Positions 1-8,231 of a stretch of 64,000 nt of DNA are shown piece by piece (the stretch's first letter is position 1; each line of letters begins with the position of its first letter). The notes beneath the pieces were generated by a model, which had not been told where the DNA came from, did not search any database, and saw only the letters and a program-made list of their open reading frames with translations. The stretch is from an uncultured Haloferula sp. (GTDB lineage: Bacteria; Verrucomicrobiota; Verrucomicrobiia; Verrucomicrobiales; Akkermansiaceae), in the NCBI GenBank assembly GCA_965652295.1, contig CBFGTS010000010.1, positions 97,907-161,906 of the forward strand, written 5' to 3'. A program made the position numbers and the translations under genes.

Positions 1-260
1 GTTTCAAAGCGGCGGCGGGCCAACAGCCACGCGGTAAGGCTGAGGAGGACAAGCAGTCCGCCGCAGCTGGCAGCCCACTGCCAGGCGGGGATCGTGGGGA
101 AACGGTGGCGCGCCAGGAGCAGCACGGCGGCGGCGACGACGGAGCCGATCACCAGCGGCGCGGCCAGCGTTTGCAACCACCAGCCGAGATTCACGCCGCG
201 GGCGGTGCGGGCGGCGGCGCGCATCCATGCATCGCGGGGGCTTGAAGCATCACGGGGCAT
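1..260 (-). CDS. Membrane protein, 5' part only (runs off left edge)
   Basis: Manual translation from ATG at 260: MPRDASSPRDAWMRAAARTARGVNLGWWLQTLAALLVIGSVVAAAVLLLARHRFPTIPAWQWAASCGGLLVLLSLTAWLLARRRFE. Two hydrophobic helices, no stop before the edge. Absent from the ORF track. Confidence 0.7.
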   Translation of the reverse strand, partial: MPRDASSPRDAWMRAAARTARGVNLGWWLQTLAAPLVIGSVVAAAVLLLARHRFPTIPAWQWAASCGGLLVLLSLTAWLLARRRFE

Positions 261-382
261 CGACGGCATTGTATCGCGGCGGCGGGTGAGGGCGATGTGA
301 ATTTGCGGTGAATCCTGCGGAGATGGTTTCGGAGCTTGGCATCGAGCCGGGCGATCGGTGGAATCGCCGCCCAAGCATCGCC

Positions 383-883
383 GTGAAATCCTACGAAATC
401 TACTCCGCCATCGATCCCTCCGTTGTAAACTCCATGCTGGATTGGTTCCGCGACAACGACCGCAATGTTTACAAAACGGCGGTGGCGACCCTCGCCCAGT
501 CCCGCAAGCTGCGGCCGGTTTTCGTGCAGAAGAAGCCGCTGCCGGACCAGTATGCGTGGATCCGCAAGACGCTTCAGCTCAAGTCCTCGGAAACGATCGG
601 CGAGCATCTGATGCAGGCGTGGTTGATGGCGGGAAACCAGGACATGCTGGCGGCTTACTGTGACGCCATGGGCATTGAGCATGATGGCAAGGGATCGGTC
701 ACCGGAGCTCTGCCTGACGAGTTGGATGCCGCCAAACTGGACGCCGCGGTCGACTCACTGGTGGAGAAATTCGACCCTGTATTGGTGTCGGTTTACCTTC
801 GGTTTTTCAACCTTCAGAAGCCCGGCGGCTGGCCGGCGCTGGAGGCGAAGCTGGAGTCGGACGAGCGATTGAAGCTTGGGTGA
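383..883 (+). CDS. Hypothetical protein (~166 aa)
   Basis: ORF 308..883 with protein-like composition; likely GTG start at 383 (VKSYEIYSAID). No family recognised. Confidence 0.7.
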   Translation: MKSYEIYSAIDPSVVNSMLDWFRDNDRNVYKTAVATLAQSRKLRPVFVQKKPLPDQYAWIRKTLQLKSSETIGEHLMQAWLMAGNQDMLAAYCDAMGIEHDGKGSVTGALPDELDAAKLDAAVDSLVEKFDPVLVSVYLRFFNLQKPGGWPALEAKLESDERLKLG

Positions 884-898
884 AAACCTCTCCCACGT

Positions 899-918
899 CC
901 TGCCGAAGCAGGTTTTTT
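899..918 (+). terminator. Short candidate intrinsic terminator
   Basis: CCTGC-cgaa-GCAGG followed by TTTTTT, 15 nt after the 883 stop; only a 5-bp stem. Confidence 0.4.
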
Positions 919-977
919 CCTGTTTCGGAGTGAACGCTTTGAAAACCTGCATAACACGAACCCGTAGATCGTTTCTC

Positions 978-1754
978 ATGAAGTTTCCCACCTGTCTCTC
1001 CGCCCTGCTGTTGCTTTCCGTTTCCGCCTCCGCGGAGGATGGTTGGATTTCCCTTTTCAACGGCCAGAACCTTGACGGCTGGGTCCCGAAGATCACCAAG
1101 CATCCGCTGGGTGAGAACGCGATGGATACCTTCCGGGTGGAGGATGGGATCCTGAAAGTCGATTACAGCAATTACGGCGGGAGCTTCGACGGGCAATTCG
1201 GACACCTGTATTCGGAACTTTCGTATTCCCACTACATTCTGCGGGTGGAGTACCGCTTTGCGGGCGAGCAGTTGCCGGACGGACCGGGATTCGCGGTCCA
1301 GAACAGCGGGGTGATGTTCCACACGCAGCCGCCGTCGAGCCTGAAGCTGAACCAGGATTTTCCGGTTTCGATGGAGTTCCAATTCCTGGCGGGCACCGGA
1401 GAGGGTGAGCGATCGACAGCCAATCTCTGCACTCCCGGGACGAATGTCTGGATGGATGGAAAGCTGGTTACGGATCACGTCATTACCTCCTCCGCTCCGA
1501 CGTTTTCCCCGGACGAGTGGGTGACGGTGGAGCTGGAAGTTCACGGCGCGGAAGAAGCCATCCACCGGGTGAACGGCAAGGAAGTGCTGCGTTACCAGAA
1601 ACTTGAGTTGGACCCGGCGAACGGAGTGGGGGATGCGCAGGCGCTGCTGAACCGCGGCTTGTCCAAAGAGTTGGCCTACGGCCACATCGCCCTGCAGTCG
1701 GAGAGTCAGCCGGTGTGGTTCCGCAAGATCGAGATCAAGCCGCTGAAGGAGTGA
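978..1754 (+). CDS. DUF1080 (3-keto-disaccharide hydrolase-like) secreted protein
   Basis: Signal peptide MKFPTCLSALLLLSVSASA; motifs GWISLFNGQNLDGW, NSGV, GHIALQSE and VWFRKIEIK. Confidence 0.88.
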   Translation: MKFPTCLSALLLLSVSASAEDGWISLFNGQNLDGWVPKITKHPLGENAMDTFRVEDGILKVDYSNYGGSFDGQFGHLYSELSYSHYILRVEYRFAGEQLPDGPGFAVQNSGVMFHTQPPSSLKLNQDFPVSMEFQFLAGTGEGERSTANLCTPGTNVWMDGKLVTDHVITSSAPTFSPDEWVTVELEVHGAEEAIHRVNGKEVLRYQKLELDPANGVGDAQALLNRGLSKELAYGHIALQSESQPVWFRKIEIKPLKE

Positions 1755-1767
1755 ACCCCGGCGGGGC

Positions 1768-2919
1768 TCAGGAGCCGCCGAGCCGGCTGGGCTGCGAGTA
1801 CGCGCCCGGATCGTAGAGTCCGGGCTGGGCGGCGGCCCGGGCGAGTTCGCTAGAAGCGTTGGCGATCAGCTCGGGGATGGATTTGCCGGTGTCGGCGAGG
1901 GCGACGAGGAAATCGAACTCGCCGGAGGCTCGCGCGTGGTCATCGGCGAGGCCACAGAAGGCACCGGCGATTTTTCCGTGCCGCCGTGCCATGCGGACGA
2001 GGCAGACAGGGCCCTTGCCGGAGAGGCTCTGGTGATCGATGGAGCCCTCGCCGGTGATGACGATGTCGGCGGCGGTGATGCGGCTTTCCAGCTCCAGCAG
2101 CCGGGCGAGGAGGTCGAAGCCCGGCACGAGGCGGGCACCGGTGAAATGGAGCAACCCGAAGCCGAGGCCGCCCGCCGCGCCCGCGCCGGGGTCGAGCGAG
2201 GCATCCATGGCACCGGTGACTTCGACGAGTCGCCGGAGCGCGGCTTCGAGCTGTGGCCGGGTTTCCTCGGTGGAGCCTTTTTGCTCGGAAAACACCGCGG
2301 TGGCTCCCTTTTCGCCGAGCAGAGGGTTTTCCACGTCGCAGGCGACGGTGATGGGGGGCAGGGGCGAAACGGCGGAGCCATCGATGCGCGCCAGATCCAG
2401 AAGGGAAGCGGGGCAAGGCTCGATTTCGTGGCCGGCGGCATCGAGGAAACGGAAGCCAAGAGCGCGGGCCATGCCGCAGCCGCCGTCGTTGGTCGCACTG
2501 CCGCCGATGCCCAGCACGATGCGGTCGACGCCGTGGTGCTGGATCGCATGGAGCATCTGCAGGCCGACGCCCCGGGTGGAGGCGGAAAGGGGATCGCGCT
2601 CTTCGGCGGTGAGGCGCGAGAGGCCGCAGGTTTCGGCCATTTCAATGACCGCCACGCGGCCTTGGCGGGTATTGGCCAACAAGTAGGTGGACTCGATCTC
2701 GCGTCCAAGGGCATCGACCGAGCAGCAGGAAATCCATCGCCCTTGTAGGGCGGGGGCGAGCGTGCTCATGAAACCCTCGCCGCCATCGGCGATGGGGCAG
2801 AGGTCGAGATCGGCCCCGGGCAGGACGCTGCGGATGCCGGCCGCCATGGCTTCGGCCGCTTGAAGCCCGGTGAGGGCACCTTTGAATTTGTCCGGGGCGA
2901 GGAGAATGCGAACGGGCAT
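1768..2919 (-). CDS. glxK: Glycerate kinase (GlxK/GarK family)
   Basis: RILLAPDKFKGAL, PIADGGEG, LGIGGSATNDGGCG, GAGAAGGLG, ITGEGSID. Confidence 0.93.
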   Translation of the reverse strand: MPVRILLAPDKFKGALTGLQAAEAMAAGIRSVLPGADLDLCPIADGGEGFMSTLAPALQGRWISCCSVDALGREIESTYLLANTRQGRVAVIEMAETCGLSRLTAEERDPLSASTRGVGLQMLHAIQHHGVDRIVLGIGGSATNDGGCGMARALGFRFLDAAGHEIEPCPASLLDLARIDGSAVSPLPPITVACDVENPLLGEKGATAVFSEQKGSTEETRPQLEAALRRLVEVTGAMDASLDPGAGAAGGLGFGLLHFTGARLVPGFDLLARLLELESRITAADIVITGEGSIDHQSLSGKGPVCLVRMARRHGKIAGAFCGLADDHARASGEFDFLVALADTGKSIPELIANASSELARAAAQPGLYDPGAYSQPSRLGGS

Positions 2920-3087
2920 GACTGCGATGGGAGCGGGACTACCGATTAAGAAACGGAGATATTGCGGCGAAAAGGTGAAATTCGCATTTTGCGCGGATTC
3001 CATGGGCGCGATGAAATTCCGGTCCCTCTATCACGGTAGATCCTGCGTCCGCCCGCGGGCGGGCGACAACCCGTTTCAAGACCCAAG

Positions 3088-6000
3088 ATGCTCCGAGTTT
3101 TGCTGCTCATTCCCTTGCTGGTAGCTTCGCTGCTGGCCCAGGATTCCACCCCGCGCCGTCTGGAAGTGTTGTTCCTCGGCGACGACCGCGGCCACAACCC
3201 GATCGAACGCTATCGTTATCTCAAGCAAGCGCTGGGCCCGCGCGGATACAATATCACTTTCACCGAAGATCTTGAGGACATGCGCCGTGAGGTGCTCGAT
3301 GGGTACGACGCGCTGCTCGTTTACGCCAACCACGAGCAGGATGTCGTGCCGCCGGCGATTCTGGAGTGGGTGAAGGATGGTGGCGGGCTGGTGGCGCTGC
3401 ACAGCGCGTGCGGATGCTTCCACCCCTCGCCGGAGTGGTTCGCGCTGATCGGTGGAAAGTTCAAAAGCCACGAGGGGCACGTCTTTGCTCCGGAAAACGT
3501 CGACAAGCGTCACCCGATCACCAAGGACCTGCCCGTGCTGGAGGCGTGGGATGAAACCTACGTCCATCAGGACCTCGCGGAGGATCGGCACCTGCTCCAG
3601 GTGCGCCCGCCGATCAACGCCGGTGAAACCGAGCCGGAGCCTTGGACCTGGCTGCGGGCGGAGGGCAAGGGCAGGGTTTTCTACACTGCCAGCGGCCACG
3701 ATCTGCGGACGTGGAAGGAGCCCGCTTACCACGAGCTGGTTGCGAGGGCGATCGTCTGGGCGGTGGGCGAGCGCAAGGCGCGGATGTTCGCCCAATACGA
3801 GATGCCCGAGTTGAAGCTTGATGAGCCGAGGGTGCGTGACCGGGCGCATCCGGACATTCCGATGATGCCACTGCAGGAGCCTCTGACGCCGCATGGGAGC
3901 GCGCGCCACACGCAGGTGCCGGTGGGGACGAGGCTGGAGCTTTTTGCCAGCGAGCCGATGATCGTGAACCCGATCTCCATCGACTGGGATGCCAAGGGTC
4001 GCTGTTGGGTGGTGGAGGCTCTGGGTTATCCCAACGACGTGCCGCTGCGGAAGGGGAGCGGGGAGGATAAGATCAAGATTCTCGAGGACACGAACGGAGA
4101 TGGCAAAGCGGACAAGGTGAAGGTCTTCGCCGACGGCCTGCGACACTGCACGGCCACGATGTTCCACCTCGACGGCGTGATTGCCACCGATGGGCCCGAG
4201 CTGGTGTGGCTGCGCGACAAGAACGGCGACGACAAGGCGGACGAGCGCGTTGTCCTGGCCGAGGGCGTCAACATCGGCGACACCCACGCCTCGGTCTCGA
4301 ACCTGATCTACGGCATGGACGGTTGGGTCCATGCGACGGTGGGCTACAGCGGTGTGGACATGGAGGTGGCGGGGCAGAAACAGAAGTTCGGCCAAGGTGT
4401 GTTCCGCTTCCGTCAGGACATGTCGGCGCTCGATTACCTCCAGCCGACGACGAACAACACCTGGGGCATCGGTTTGCTTGAAGACGGCTCGGTTTTTGGC
4501 TCCACGGCGAACAACAACCCGTCGTGGATGGTCTCGATCCCGCAGCGGGTCTATGCGGGCTCCGGCATCGAGCAACCCCGGACGCCGCAGCTCGACGACC
4601 GGCCGTTCATCTATGCGAACACGAGTGACATCACCCAGGTGGACCAGATCGAGCGCTACACCGCGGCCGCCGGACATTTCTTTTACAATGACACCTTGAT
4701 CGGCCGCGAAGTCCTGCCCAAGGACGCGGCGCTGATCTGTGAACCAACGGGCCACCTCGTGGCCGTGGGCAAGGTCACCGACGCGGGTTCCATCAAGACG
4801 ACCAACTTGCGCGGCCAGAACCTCTTCGCCAGCGCGGATGCCTGGAGTTCTCCCGTCTACGCCCGGACCGGGCCGGATGGGGCGGTGTGGATCGCCGACT
4901 GGTACAACCCGATCATCCAGCACAACGTCGTCTTCCGTTTCTGGAACCCGGCCCGCGGCTATGACCAGCCGCACAGTCCGTTTCACACGGGGGATCATGG
5001 ACCGGGGAAAGGCAATGCCTACGTAACGCCCCTCCGCGACCGTGAGCACGGCCGCATCTGGCGCGTGGTGCCGGCGGACAAGCCGGTGCGCAAGGTGCCC
5101 GCCCTTTCGGCGGATGATCCGCTGGAACTCGCGCGACAGCTCAATTCCCCTTCGCAGCTTCTGCGTCTCCAGGCGCAGCGGTTGTTGATCGAACGCGGCA
5201 AGGAGGACGCCGTGCCGACGCTGTTGTCGTTCCTTCAGCTGAACGTCTCGCCGGAGGGCATCGAGGAGCCCTTGGGAGCGTATCATGCGATCCGGGTGCT
5301 GGCGGCGTTGCCGGGCGAGGAAGCGAAGCAGGCGGTGCGGAGCGCGATGAACCACGTCCATCCCGGGGTGCGTCTGCAAGCGGCGGAGGCGATCGATCCC
5401 AATGACCCGTCAATGGTCGCAGGGTTGGCTCATGTGATCGCCGGAGCGAAGACGCCGCGGGAGCGGCTGAAGGTGTTCACGGTGATCGCCGAGGCCGGGG
5501 AGAACGATGGCGTGGCTCTCGCGCTGTGGCAGGGGGTACGGGGCGGAAGCTTTGCGGACGAGTATGAGCGGCAGGCCGCCACGCTGGCGATGCACCGGCA
5601 GGGAGGAGCCTTGATCAAAGCGGCGGCATCGCAATTGGCCGGAGCCGACAGCTGGGCGAAAGGCGTGGTCCGCGAAGTCGCCGTGCGGCTTGCTGGTGCC
5701 GAGGTCGATCCCTCGGTCGTCGCGGCCCTCAACGCTTTGCCGGAGCCGGATCGGACGGATCTCATCACCGCGCTGGGCGAAAAGCCCTCGGTGCAGCCGA
5801 AGGCCCCGGTGCTGCCTCCTCATCTCGTGAAGGGGCGGGACCTTTATCAGAAGCTCTGCATCGAGTGCCATCAGGCCGATGGCAAAGGGGTCCCTCAGAC
5901 CTTTCCGCCGCTGGTGGGCTCCGAGTGGGTGACCGGGGACCTCGATACGATGGCGCGGATCTTGTTGGGAGGTTTGATGGGGCCGGTGACCGTGAAAGGC

Positions 6001-6210
6001 GAAAAATACGAGAGCGCGATGCCGGGGCACAGCCACAGCCCGGATGAGGATCTGGCGGCGATCGCCAGTTACGTGCGGCACGCCTTTGGAGGCCTTGAGG
6101 AAGATCCGGTGAAGCCCGGGCGCTTTGCCTCGTTGCGCCCGGAGGTGGACGAGCGGAAATTCACGCCGTGGACCGTCGGCGAGCTGGAGGCGGCGAAAAA
6201 ACAGCCCTGA
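3088..6210 (+). CDS. PVC-type heme-binding protein: ThuA-like domain + membrane-bound-dehydrogenase beta-propeller + HEAT-like region + cytochrome c
   Basis: Signal peptide; ThuA-like segment (GLVALHSAC, WDETY, GRVFYTASGHD); LFASEPMIVNPISIDWDAKGRCWV; GPDGAVWIADWYN; C-terminal CIECH heme motif and distal Met (SAMPG). Confidence 0.85.
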   Translation: MLRVLLLIPLLVASLLAQDSTPRRLEVLFLGDDRGHNPIERYRYLKQALGPRGYNITFTEDLEDMRREVLDGYDALLVYANHEQDVVPPAILEWVKDGGGLVALHSACGCFHPSPEWFALIGGKFKSHEGHVFAPENVDKRHPITKDLPVLEAWDETYVHQDLAEDRHLLQVRPPINAGETEPEPWTWLRAEGKGRVFYTASGHDLRTWKEPAYHELVARAIVWAVGERKARMFAQYEMPELKLDEPRVRDRAHPDIPMMPLQEPLTPHGSARHTQVPVGTRLELFASEPMIVNPISIDWDAKGRCWVVEALGYPNDVPLRKGSGEDKIKILEDTNGDGKADKVKVFADGLRHCTATMFHLDGVIATDGPELVWLRDKNGDDKADERVVLAEGVNIGDTHASVSNLIYGMDGWVHATVGYSGVDMEVAGQKQKFGQGVFRFRQDMSALDYLQPTTNNTWGIGLLEDGSVFGSTANNNPSWMVSIPQRVYAGSGIEQPRTPQLDDRPFIYANTSDITQVDQIERYTAAAGHFFYNDTLIGREVLPKDAALICEPTGHLVAVGKVTDAGSIKTTNLRGQNLFASADAWSSPVYARTGPDGAVWIADWYNPIIQHNVVFRFWNPARGYDQPHSPFHTGDHGPGKGNAYVTPLRDREHGRIWRVVPADKPVRKVPALSADDPLELARQLNSPSQLLRLQAQRLLIERGKEDAVPTLLSFLQLNVSPEGIEEPLGAYHAIRVLAALPGEEAKQAVRSAMNHVHPGVRLQAAEAIDPNDPSMVAGLAHVIAGAKTPRERLKVFTVIAEAGENDGVALALWQGVRGGSFADEYERQAATLAMHRQGGALIKAAASQLAGADSWAKGVVREVAVRLAGAEVDPSVVAALNALPEPDRTDLITALGEKPSVQPKAPVLPPHLVKGRDLYQKLCIECHQADGKGVPQTFPPLVGSEWVTGDLDTMARILLGGLMGPVTVKGEKYESAMPGHSHSPDEDLAAIASYVRHAFGGLEEDPVKPGRFASLRPEVDERKFTPWTVGELEAAKKQP

Positions 6211-6211
6211 G

Positions 6212-6517
6212 TCAGTCCAAGGCGTCGGCCTCTTCCTCCAGGTTGTAGCCTTCCGCCGGAAGTCCGATGAAAGGCAAGGCGCGCCGCGTGAGCAGTCGGG
6301 CGAAGGCCCCGGTGAGACCCGCGACAGCGGTCCAGGCGATCGCTTCTTTCCACGCCACGTCCATGCGGGCTGGGTTGCGTGGCGGGTCGATATGGGTGAC
6401 CCGCCGGTAGACGCATCCGGCCCCGGAGCGGGCGAGCTTCGCGGCAATCGCCGGCAGGATGAAGCCCGCGCCGATGGCAGCGGCACGGACGGCACGGTTG
6501 GAACGGGAAAGGCTCAT
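6212..6517 (-). CDS. Small membrane protein, DUF4235-like
   Basis: 101 aa from MSLSRSN; pattern helix...THIDPPRNP...WKEAIAWTAVAGLTGAFARLLTRR resembles DUF4235. Confidence 0.65.
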   Translation of the reverse strand: MSLSRSNRAVRAAAIGAGFILPAIAAKLARSGAGCVYRRVTHIDPPRNPARMDVAWKEAIAWTAVAGLTGAFARLLTRRALPFIGLPAEGYNLEEEADALD

Positions 6518-6521
6518 CGGG

Positions 6522-6563
6522 AAAAGAGACGCGGCGGCGGGCGCTTCCCGCCGCCGCCGTCTC
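6522..6563 (-). terminator. Intrinsic terminator after the Pmp3 gene
   Basis: GAGACG(G)CGGCGGCGGG / CCCGCCGCCGCGTCTC GC-rich stem followed by UUUU on the minus strand. Confidence 0.7.
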
Positions 6564-6564
6564 G

Positions 6565-6747
6565 TCAAAGGATCACCAACAGGGCGTGGATGAAGCCGGG
6601 AAGCCAGAAGAGCAGCGTCAGCACCAGATTGAGAATGAAGGTGCCGTTCAGCCCCTCTTTCAACGCGACCGCGAGGGGCGGAAGGAACACGGCGATGATC
6701 ACAAGCAGGAGTTTGTTGGTGCCGGTCGTGGTGGTCGGAGTAGCCAT
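6565..6747 (-). CDS. YqaE/Pmp3 family small membrane protein
   Basis: LLVIIAVFLPPLAVALKEG...LNLVLTLLFWLPGFIHALLVI is the canonical Pmp3 pattern. Confidence 0.92.
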   Translation of the reverse strand: MATPTTTTGTNKLLLVIIAVFLPPLAVALKEGLNGTFILNLVLTLLFWLPGFIHALLVIL

Positions 6748-6774
6748 GGATCTGGGAAGGGTTCGGTTCAAGGA

Positions 6775-7056
6775 TCACTCTTCGGCGGGCTCGGCCGGCG
6801 GCTGGGTGCCCGGAACTTCGTTGTCCTCTTCTTCGGGGAGGTCGACGTCAATGGTCGGCACTTCCACCTCGACCTTCTTGGTGCCGGTTTTCACATCCGG
6901 TCCCTCGACATCGTACTTCGGAAGTTTGGTTTCACCTTCCACCTTCACCTCGGGCAGCTCGCCGTCTTCGACTTTGTCGACATCACAAGCTGCGAATGTC
7001 AGCGCGAACGCGGGCACGGTGACGAGGCTAAGGACATGAATCAGTTTCGGTTTCAT
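6775..7056 (-). CDS. Small acidic lipoprotein, uncharacterised
   Basis: MKPK + hydrophobic stretch + lipobox-like FAA-C; mature part DVDKVEDGELPEVKVEG...PKYDVEGPDV is E/D/V/P-rich. Confidence 0.8.
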   Translation of the reverse strand: MKPKLIHVLSLVTVPAFALTFAACDVDKVEDGELPEVKVEGETKLPKYDVEGPDVKTGTKKVEVEVPTIDVDLPEEEDNEVPGTQPPAEPAEE

Positions 7057-7232
7057 AACAGCCCCAGGATCCGCAGGCCTCATACCAAACCATGAAGTCG
7101 CTTCGGAAGCGACTGAAGATCAGTGAGATGAAGATCTTATTCGGCTGCTTCAGAAGGCGAAAAAAGTCCCGGTTTCGTGCAATTCAGAAACCCCGCGGCG
7201 GGCAAGTTGCAATTTGCAGACGGGAGCCGGAG

Positions 7233-8045
7233 CTACATCGTCTCGATCAGGATCGCGGTGGTGTTGTCGCGGCCGGATTCGGAAACGGAGTAGTCGATGA
7301 GCCGGCTGACATCGAACTCGCCGCGGGCCATTTCATCGATGCGGCGGTTCCACAATCCATCGCAGAGACCGTCGGAGCAGATCAGGAAGCGATCGCCCGG
7401 CTGCCAGCCGACGCGGCCGATCTGGGGCTCGACTTCCCGGGTTTTCCCACCGAGCACCTGATCCAGCAAGCTGCGCTGCGGATGCGTCCGCGCTTCTCGT
7501 TCGTTGATTTTCCCGCTCCGGAAGAGGCGCCCGACGCGGCTCTGATCTTCCGTGATCTGGATCATTTCGCCGTCCTTCGGCAGGTAGTAGATGCGGCTGT
7601 CGCCGACATGGCCGAAGGCCATCCAGCCGGGCATGAACCAGCACAGGCTGAGCGTGGCACCCATCCCGCGGCACTCGTCGTAGAAACGGCTGAGCTCCAC
7701 CAGCGCCTCATGGGTGCGGACGAAAACCTCGCCCAACACGTCGCTGAAGCCCGAGTCGAGACGCGAGGCTCCGAGGGCGAAGTTGGCAGGGAGCAGGCGG
7801 GTGATTTTTTCCACCGCGATCTTGCTGGCGACTTCACCGGCCTTCGCGCCGCCCATGCCGTCGCTGACGGCGAAAACGTAGTCGGCGGACTCCATGGTTC
7901 CGTGGCCCTCCTTGCCCAGATAGCGGACCTCCCGGGCGTCGAAAGTCAGCGCGAGGAAGGCGTCCTCGTTGTTTTTTCGAAAACGGCCGACATCCGTGCG
8001 ACCGGACCAGCGGATCGAGGAATGGCGGGCGTTCGGGCTATCCAT
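7233..8045 (-). CDS. PP2C-family Ser/Thr protein phosphatase
   Basis: TDVGRFRKNNEDAF, AVSDGMGGAKAGEVAS, MGAT, HVGDSRIY, LICSDGL, GRDNTT. Confidence 0.93.
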   Translation of the reverse strand: MDSPNARHSSIRWSGRTDVGRFRKNNEDAFLALTFDAREVRYLGKEGHGTMESADYVFAVSDGMGGAKAGEVASKIAVEKITRLLPANFALGASRLDSGFSDVLGEVFVRTHEALVELSRFYDECRGMGATLSLCWFMPGWMAFGHVGDSRIYYLPKDGEMIQITEDQSRVGRLFRSGKINEREARTHPQRSLLDQVLGGKTREVEPQIGRVGWQPGDRFLICSDGLCDGLWNRRIDEMARGEFDVSRLIDYSVSESGRDNTTAILIETM

Positions 8046-8116
8046 GGGGCGGCTGAGAGAGTGCGTTTCCGGCTAATCTCACTCTAGTGAAAAATTTTTC
8101 GTTTCTCGGTTGCCTG

Positions 8117-8132
8117 TGGCCCGCTATGTGCT
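8117..8132 (+). promoter_or_regulatory. Candidate sigma54 (-24/-12) promoter of glnII
   Basis: TGGCCCGCTATGTGCT fits TGGCACG-N4-TTGCW with exact GG-N10-GC spacing, 100 nt upstream of the glnII ATG. Confidence 0.5.
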
Positions 8133-8231
8133 TCCCGCGTGCCCGGAAAGCGCGGCGTCCTCACGCGGATGCCGGGTTTTCCGAGCATCCACGCGACTCG
8201 CGTCAACCAACTATCAAACCAACCAAAAACG

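Noticed and set aside
3076-5379. 767-aa antisense ORF (likewise 10715..13306, 19197..21302, 28929..31049, 56078..58762 and many shorter ones)
   Set aside because: Shadow ORFs opposite well-supported genes. They are expected from stop-codon scarcity at high GC, and the translations are R/G/A-rich with no motifs.
7176-7192. Possible sigma54 promoter for the small stress genes (minus strand GGGTTTCTGAATTGCA)
   Set aside because: GG-N10-GC spacing is present, but the -24 element lacks TGGCAC; too weak to call.
8140-8231. Known glnA (glutamine) riboswitch
   Set aside because: I could not see the conserved motif nucleotides or the three-way junction; kept only as an unclassified structured leader.
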